A DNA stretch of 64,000 nucleotides from Patescibacteria group bacterium (lineage in GTDB: Bacteria; Patescibacteriota; Patescibacteriia; JAXHNJ01): NCBI GenBank assembly GCA_034520665.1, contig JAXHNJ010000002.1, positions 179,166-243,165 of the forward strand, read 5' to 3'. Position 1 is the first letter of the stretch. Each line of letters starts with the position of its first letter. Shown one piece after another: positions 58,908 to 64,000 of the stretch. Below the pieces are notes generated by a model that made no database searches, was not told the DNA's origin, and saw only the letters and a program-made list of their open reading frames with translations. Made by a program: the position numbers and the translations under genes.

Positions 58908-60392
58908 TTACTTATTCAAAACTCTTTTGGTCACTCTTTCAAAGTGCTGGCCATAAATAGCCATTTCTAAAGCTACTGGTAAACATTTAATTTTAGTAAA
59001 AAGGGTTTTAAAAAAGAGCTTCCAGTAAAGAAATCTTGACTTTGACAAAATGCCAATTCGCCAGATACTTCGAAAAAAAGCCATAAGACCGGCAAAATTA
59101 AACCTACCTCTATGGGTTGGCTGATAATTTTTAAGAAAGGCATGAATTCTCTGATAATACAAATCCGGTTGGCCATAAATAGTAGAAAGAATCTCTTTGT
59201 ACCCATTTATAAGATCCTCTCTTTTCATGCGCGGTATAAAATTTAAACTGCCGTCTGTATTGTCTCCGGATGTATTTTCCAAAATACGCCCTTCTTTTTT
59301 AAGTCGGTGCCAAAGCTTAGTTCTTGGTAAGGCTACCAAAAGGCCCACCATAGCCGTGACAATACCCACTTCCTGGATAAACTGAATCTGGGCTTCAAAA
59401 ATACTGGGCGGGTCTTCGTCAAAACCAACAATAAAGCCTCCCATCACCTGCATGCCGTGTTGATGAATAACTTTAACCGCTTCTTTTAAATCCATCCGGG
59501 TGTTTTGATACTTTTGACAACCTTTTAGGCTCTCCAAATGGGGCGTTTCTATACCCAGAAAAACTTTATGAAAATTAGCCTGGCTCATCAAGCGCATTAA
59601 TTCCTGATCACTAGCTAAATCAACACTAGCTTCGGTTAATAATTTAAACGGGTATTTACGAGCTTTTTGCCATTTAATTAACTCTCGCAGCATTATTTTT
59701 ACCTGTTTTTTATTACCGATAAAATTATCATCAACCAAAAAAACTGGGCCTCGCCAGTTTGCTTGATAAAGAGAATTAAATTCCTTAATCATTTGAGTCG
59801 GCGTCTTAACCCTAACTTTGTGGCCATACATAACTGTAATATCACAAAAATCACAGTTATGAGGACAGCCTCTTGAATACTGCAAGGGGATGGAAGTATA
59901 ATCACTAAAATTAATTAATGACCAAAGGGGTACTGGTACTTCAGTGACTAAAGGTTTTTCTTTACTTTTGTATAATGATCTAGTTTCTTCCCTTTCCAAG
60001 TCATTAAGAAATAAAGACAGGCAATCTTCTGCTTCATTAATAAAGACATGATCAACCACAAAGAGATCTGGCTGGGTGCTAAAAAGCGGTCCGCCGGCCA
60101 CAATTTTCTTGTCGACTTTTTTTACTCTTTCAATAACCTCACCAGCACTTTTTTGCTGAACCAGCATAGCACTAATAAAAACCATATCAGCCCAGCTGAT
60201 ATCCTCGTCCAGTAATGGATTAACATTGAGGTCAATTAGTTTTAAATTCCATTCTTTAGGCAGCATAGCCGCAATAGTCAAAAGACCCAAAGGCGGTGAA
60301 GCGGCCTTTTTTCCGATAAATTCTAAAGCTTTTTTAAAGCTCCAAAAAGTTTCGGGAAACTCCGGATAAACTAGTAATACATTCATTTTCAA
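58908..60392 (-). CDS. B12-binding domain radical SAM protein (class B) with a C-terminal DUF4070-like region
   Basis: An N-terminal cobalamin-binding Rossmann-like domain, the CPHNCDFC CxxxCxxC radical SAM motif, and a conserved C-terminal extension, over 494 aa. Confidence 0.85.
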   Translation of the reverse strand: MKMNVLLVYPEFPETFWSFKKALEFIGKKAASPPLGLLTIAAMLPKEWNLKLIDLNVNPLLDEDISWADMVFISAMLVQQKSAGEVIERVKKVDKKIVAGGPLFSTQPDLFVVDHVFINEAEDCLSLFLNDLEREETRSLYKSKEKPLVTEVPVPLWSLINFSDYTSIPLQYSRGCPHNCDFCDITVMYGHKVRVKTPTQMIKEFNSLYQANWRGPVFLVDDNFIGNKKQVKIMLRELIKWQKARKYPFKLLTEASVDLASDQELMRLMSQANFHKVFLGIETPHLESLKGCQKYQNTRMDLKEAVKVIHQHGMQVMGGFIVGFDEDPPSIFEAQIQFIQEVGIVTAMVGLLVALPRTKLWHRLKKEGRILENTSGDNTDGSLNFIPRMKREDLINGYKEILSTIYGQPDLYYQRIHAFLKNYQPTHRGRFNFAGLMAFFRSIWRIGILSKSRFLYWKLFFKTLFTKIKCLPVALEMAIYGQHFERVTKRVLNK

Positions 60393-60536
60393 ACACTCCT
60401 TTATCAGTTAAGTAATTTTTTCAAGGTTCAAAAGTACACTATTTTTAACATATTTTGAAATAATAGACAACTCTAAAAAATATTCAAATTTTAAGAAAAA
60501 ACTTGCCAAATATTATATATCAATATATTAATACAT

Positions 60537-60653
60537 ATGCCTAGAAAACCAAAAAATAAGCCAGCCTGCCTTTTTAAGGCTTTGGGCGATAACAATCGAC
60601 TTAAAATATTAAAGTTTCTTATCGGTTACTTTCTTAACCTAATGCCAGTTTAA
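60537..60653 (+). pseudogene. Truncated ArsR/SmtB-family HTH regulator (38 aa: MPRKPKNKPACLFKALGDNNRLKILKFLIGYFLNLMPV), abutting a VIT-family transporter gene
   Basis: ...FKALGDNNRLKILKFL... matches the ArsR helix 1-2 signature (LGDPTRL.IL). It is preceded by a TTGCCA-17-TATTAA promoter-like spacing. The recognition helix is missing, so it is a likely gene remnant. Confidence 0.4.
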
Positions 60654-61127
60654 TTAAAAAACACTGCTAATCCACTGGCCAATGTAATGAGTGGCTACAA
60701 TAACTAAAACAGCAATAATTAAATGTTCAGCTATGACTGAGCTAGCTTTGGTTTTTTTATCCCGGCTTATATAATAACTAAAAGCCATTATCAAGCCCAA
60801 GCCCCAGAAAATACTAACTACAATAGCCGTATCCAAACTAAAAAGTAAAACCGGAATAGTAAAAGTTAAAGCAATAACCAGCTTGGAAACAAAAGCGGAA
60901 AAAGTTGATTCCCAGATTTGTTTACTGGTGTTCTGACTTTCTGATTCTTCGGATACGTGAACGCCTAAAGCATCTGACAAAGCGTCAGCAATAGCAATAA
61001 TTAGAATACCACCTAAAACTACTGCCCGTGAATGAGTACCGGCATTAAGTCCTACCACTAAACCCAGAGTAGTAATAATACCGGAAGTTAATCCAAAAGC
61101 AAAACCTTTTTTAATTGAAATTTTCAT
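60654..61127 (-). CDS. VIT1/CCC1-family-like small membrane protein (157 aa), a putative Fe/Mn transporter
   Basis: ...GFAFGLTSGIITTLGLVVGL... and ...AIADALSDALGVHVSEESE... resemble the VIT-family conserved segments. Four to five TM helices. Low certainty. Confidence 0.45.
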   Translation of the reverse strand: MKISIKKGFAFGLTSGIITTLGLVVGLNAGTHSRAVVLGGILIIAIADALSDALGVHVSEESESQNTSKQIWESTFSAFVSKLVIALTFTIPVLLFSLDTAIVVSIFWGLGLIMAFSYYISRDKKTKASSVIAEHLIIAVLVIVATHYIGQWISSVF

Positions 61128-61133
61128 AATTTT

Positions 61134-61682
61134 TTATAAATATTTAACCATTAAAATTTCGTCTCGATACCGGCCATAATGTTTTAATGATTTTTTTATC
61201 CGGCCAATTTCTCTAAAGTTCAGTTTTTTATAGAGATTTAAAGCTTTTTTGTTCGGAGCAAAAAGATTAAGTTTAACCATTTTAATTTTAAGCTTATTTT
61301 TTGCTTCACGAATTACTTCTTTTGCTAATTTTTCGGCCCATCCCCTGCCTCTTATTTCTTTGGTCAGTAGAATACCAAATTTTCCCACGTGAGCCACAGC
61401 CTCTCTTTCACTAATCTCAATATTTGTATTACCTTTTATTTTTCCGTCTATCTCAATTAAAATTAATACTATATTTTTTCTTTTTATTTTTTTTATTATA
61501 TTATTAAGCCACTTTTTCTCCTGTTTTAAGGTAAATTTTTTCTGAGTAGTAAGATAAGCCTTTTCTTTTACTAGAGAATTGATCATACTTAAAAATTCTT
61601 TGGCATCACTTTTTTTGGGATAGCGAAAAATTATTTCTTTACCCTCATGCGTAAATTTCTTGACTATTTTCCCTGGCTTCAT
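61134..61682 (-). CDS. GNAT-family N-acetyltransferase (182 aa)
   Basis: ...EIRGRGWAEKLAKEVIREAK... is GNAT motif A. Confidence 0.8.
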   Translation of the reverse strand: MKPGKIVKKFTHEGKEIIFRYPKKSDAKEFLSMINSLVKEKAYLTTQKKFTLKQEKKWLNNIIKKIKRKNIVLILIEIDGKIKGNTNIEISEREAVAHVGKFGILLTKEIRGRGWAEKLAKEVIREAKNKLKIKMVKLNLFAPNKKALNLYKKLNFREIGRIKKSLKHYGRYRDEILMVKYL

Positions 61683-62227
61683 AAATATTTAACCATAATA
61701 ATTAAATCAATATAGCGGCCAAAATGATAGCGGCCTTTTTTAATCTGACCGACTCTTTCAAATCCTAAAGATTTATAAAGTTTAATCGCTTTTTTATTCT
61801 CAGCATAAACATTGAGCTTGATAATTTTGGTTTTTAAATGTTTTTTAGCCTCACTGATAGCTTTTTTAATTAATTTCTTGGCCAAACCTCGGCCTCTATA
61901 TTCTGACCGTAGGGAAACAGCCGCCTGACCGATATGTTTTTTATTAGTAAATTTTCCTTTAAAAACACTAGCCCAGCCAATAACTTGCCCGTTTAATTCA
62001 CCGACTAAATAAACCGCTTTTTTATTGAGTATTTTATGGAGCACATTTTTAACCCACTTTTCTTCCTTAGCCCGGCTGAACTTTTTTTGCGGTCCCAGCA
62101 TTGATTTTTCAGCCACTAATGAATTAACCACCTCAAGCAAATTATTAACATCCTCATATTTTAGATAACGGATGATAAATTTATTCTTGTTTAATTTAAT
62201 TTTTTTCAAGATTTGACCGGCTTTCAT
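61679..62227 (-). CDS. GNAT-family N-acetyltransferase (182 aa), tandem paralog of the preceding gene
   Basis: ...EYRGRGLAKKLIKKAISEAK.... Same length and same C-terminal ...IMVKYL as the neighbour. Confidence 0.8.
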   Translation of the reverse strand: MKAGQILKKIKLNKNKFIIRYLKYEDVNNLLEVVNSLVAEKSMLGPQKKFSRAKEEKWVKNVLHKILNKKAVYLVGELNGQVIGWASVFKGKFTNKKHIGQAAVSLRSEYRGRGLAKKLIKKAISEAKKHLKTKIIKLNVYAENKKAIKLYKSLGFERVGQIKKGRYHFGRYIDLIIMVKYL

Positions 62228-62294
62228 ATAATATTATTTTATCAAAAAACCGCCTAAAAAGAAAACTGGGGCGGTTTTTTGTTTGAATATTTTT

Positions 62295-62804
62295 TTATTC
62301 GTGAATAGAAGTACCAATAGTAACTAGGGTTTTGCCTTCATCTTCGTCCTCACCAATACTCACAGTGACGGTACGGTTATCTTTTTCGGCCGTCATTGAG
62401 GAAATTCCCTCAATATCCAAAGACATATTGATATCCCAACCGTCATTAGCTAATTCTTCCTGATATTCATCAGCCACGTCAGAGACCGAAGTATCAGTTT
62501 GAACCGAAACTGAATAAACTTCTCCTTCGGTAATAGTAGTAGCCGCTTTAACAGTACCGTCAATCACATGCACGTCAGAAGGAAAACCAGAAGGCAAACT
62601 TACTGACTCACCAGCCGAGAAAGAACTGCCGTTAGTGTTAACAGTCACTGAATCATTTTCCACATCAACTCCAGCTGATCCATTGGTCGAATCTTCAATC
62701 GCTTTTTCGGTCAGCTCTTCAGCCACCTTTTCCTCACCGCAGCCGGTTAAAACCAAACTGCCAGCTAAAATAAGAACTAGACTTAGAACAATTGTTTTTT
62801 TCAT
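62295..62804 (-). CDS. Acidic lipoprotein (169 aa)
   Basis: The lipobox LVLTGCGEE follows a signal peptide. Asp/Glu/Thr/Ser-rich. Confidence 0.6.
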   Translation of the reverse strand: MKKTIVLSLVLILAGSLVLTGCGEEKVAEELTEKAIEDSTNGSAGVDVENDSVTVNTNGSSFSAGESVSLPSGFPSDVHVIDGTVKAATTITEGEVYSVSVQTDTSVSDVADEYQEELANDGWDINMSLDIEGISSMTAEKDNRTVTVSIGEDEDEGKTLVTIGTSIHE

Positions 62805-62841
62805 AGGTTTTTTTCTTAATTATTATCATAGTTATTATACC

Positions 62842-63714
62842 TTAATAATAAACTATTTCAAAATAGCTGGTTGAAGGTTCTTTTAAGCTATTACTTAAAT
62901 AGCCTGAATTCGCGTGGCCAAGAATACTGGCCTTTTCAGTCTTTTCCTTCATAAGCATTAAAAATAAAGCCATAGCCGCTGGAGAATCAAGGTACTGGTT
63001 AAACTCCTGACCAAAAGAAAGAATAGTCCGATAGTCATAGTTTAGCAAAGCTTTTCTGGTTATTTCATCGCGTTTATTGGCTTTAGTTACATTTAAATAG
63101 TGGGAGAAATCAACGGCTGCCATAATAATGGTTTTTTCATCCCATAATGATATTATTTTTCTTTTCAGTCGCTCTAATTCTTTTTCTGGCGTGGAAAATT
63201 TAAAGATCAGCGGCACAATTCTTTTTTTGGGAAAATTCATTTTAATAAAAGGAACCAAATCAGAAATAGCGTGTTCCCCGGCCATTACTTCATAATTATT
63301 CTTTATACCAATTTTATTAAGCTCATTTATAAACTGTCTATCAGATTTTAACAAACCATAATCAGTTGGCCAGGAATAATCAGAGGTAAATATTTTACCA
63401 AAACCCTTTTCTTTATGATTAGGAGCCAAAAGAATAATTCTTTGGAAATCTTGTTTTTTAATTCCCTGGAAAAAATGAAAAATATATTTTTTCATTCTAA
63501 TATCATGAGGGATAATTCCGCCGACAATTTTACTTTCAGGAAACTCTTTATTTGATTTATTGGTAATAACCGCTGATATTTCATCAGATTTTAGATCTTT
63601 GGAGCCAAGAATTTTTTCTTCTTTATTTTTTTCAAAACTAATTTCATTAATAAAAGCAGGAGATGCTAATAGCAAAACAATGATAAAAATAAAGATTATC
63701 TTTTTTAATTTCAT
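62842..63714 (-). CDS. MEMO1-family (AmmeMemoRadiSam system protein B-like) protein
   Basis: GGIIPHD..., LLAPNHKE, GEHAISDLVPFI, RIVPLIF and AVDFSHY align with the MEMO-family conserved blocks. The preferred start is the internal Met at 63714 (MKLKKIIFIF, a signal/TM). The track ORF extends to 63858. Confidence 0.65.
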   Translation of the reverse strand: MKLKKIIFIFIIVLLLASPAFINEISFEKNKEEKILGSKDLKSDEISAVITNKSNKEFPESKIVGGIIPHDIRMKKYIFHFFQGIKKQDFQRIILLAPNHKEKGFGKIFTSDYSWPTDYGLLKSDRQFINELNKIGIKNNYEVMAGEHAISDLVPFIKMNFPKKRIVPLIFKFSTPEKELERLKRKIISLWDEKTIIMAAVDFSHYLNVTKANKRDEITRKALLNYDYRTILSFGQEFNQYLDSPAAMALFLMLMKEKTEKASILGHANSGYLSNSLKEPSTSYFEIVYY

Positions 63715-63715
63715 T

Positions 63716-64000
63716 TTACTCAATAGAAATATTCTGAGTACTACCAAAAGCCTTACTTGCCTCAACATTAAAGCCTTGTATAACTGGTGCTTCTGCCTTA
63801 TATTCACCTTTACCAGTAACCAGAGCGTAATAATGAAAACTTTCAGAAGACCGGTCAATTTTAAATTTTATGGCTTGACCGTTAATTTCATAAGGGTATT
63901 TCATATTTTTATCATACGAAATATTTCTCTGCCAAGTTTTGGTCAGGATTTTTAAACCCGAAGGCAGATAATCAGTGACGCGGTAATTTTTATCTATAGC
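63716..64000 (-). CDS. Hypothetical protein, partial: the N-terminus lies beyond the window end
   Basis: The reading frame is open from the window edge through ...MKYPYEINGQAIKFKIDRSSESFHYYALVTGKGEYKAEAPVIQGF... to the stop at 63716. No motif recognised. Confidence 0.4.
   Translation of the reverse strand, partial: AIDKNYRVTDYLPSGLKILTKTWQRNISYDKNMKYPYEINGQAIKFKIDRSSESFHYYALVTGKGEYKAEAPVIQGFNVEASKAFGSTQNISIE

Overview
This is an AT-rich (~33% GC), gene-dense window with short intergenic spacers, many overlapping stop/start junctions and several large secreted repeat proteins. It looks like a small-genome, Patescibacteria/CPR-like bacterium. Genes are almost all on the minus strand from 1 to 39925. 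A plus-strand block (LCP, pth, mfd, dprA, topA) runs from 40050 to 48892, and the rest is mostly minus-strand again.

Confident housekeeping calls:
- otsA (partial)
- glmS
- prfB, with the canonical CUU-UGA-C +1 frameshift site preserved
- an HtrA protease
- MGMT
- ftsA-ftsZ
- dgkA and ybeY
- hisS, lepB and pth
- mfd, dprA and topA
- parA-parB
- ComEC, encoded as two adjacent ORFs

There is a compact cobalamin-salvage module: class II RNR (nrdJ), cobO, a cobalamin riboswitch with a terminator-type expression platform, a DUF4430 protein, and a small membrane protein that may be the transporter.

Six tRNA genes are present: Asp-GTC, Val-CAC, Leu-CAA, an initiator-like Met, and Met/Ile-CAT. Nearly every tRNA locus is embedded in tandem or dispersed repeats that carry fragments of the adjacent tRNA fused to short GC-rich hairpins. 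One such array is four identical 111-bp units, each beginning with the first 13 nt of tRNA-Met. A lone IS200/RAYT-like HuH gene and a GIY-YIG gene sit near these repeats.

Other candidate novelties:
- a B12-binding radical SAM gene followed by an unannotated 47-aa Cys-containing peptide with a strong RBS, an unknown W-rich protein and a ferredoxin
- a cluster of TSP3-repeat membrane proteins with a 2115-aa giant surface protein
- a GC-rich 200-nt island and a 108-nt long-stem element that may be structured RNAs
- a truncated ArsR-like ORF abutting a VIT-family transporter gene
- an unannotated 41-aa membrane peptide with a perfect Shine-Dalgarno

All product calls come from reading motifs in the supplied translations. 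No database search was run.
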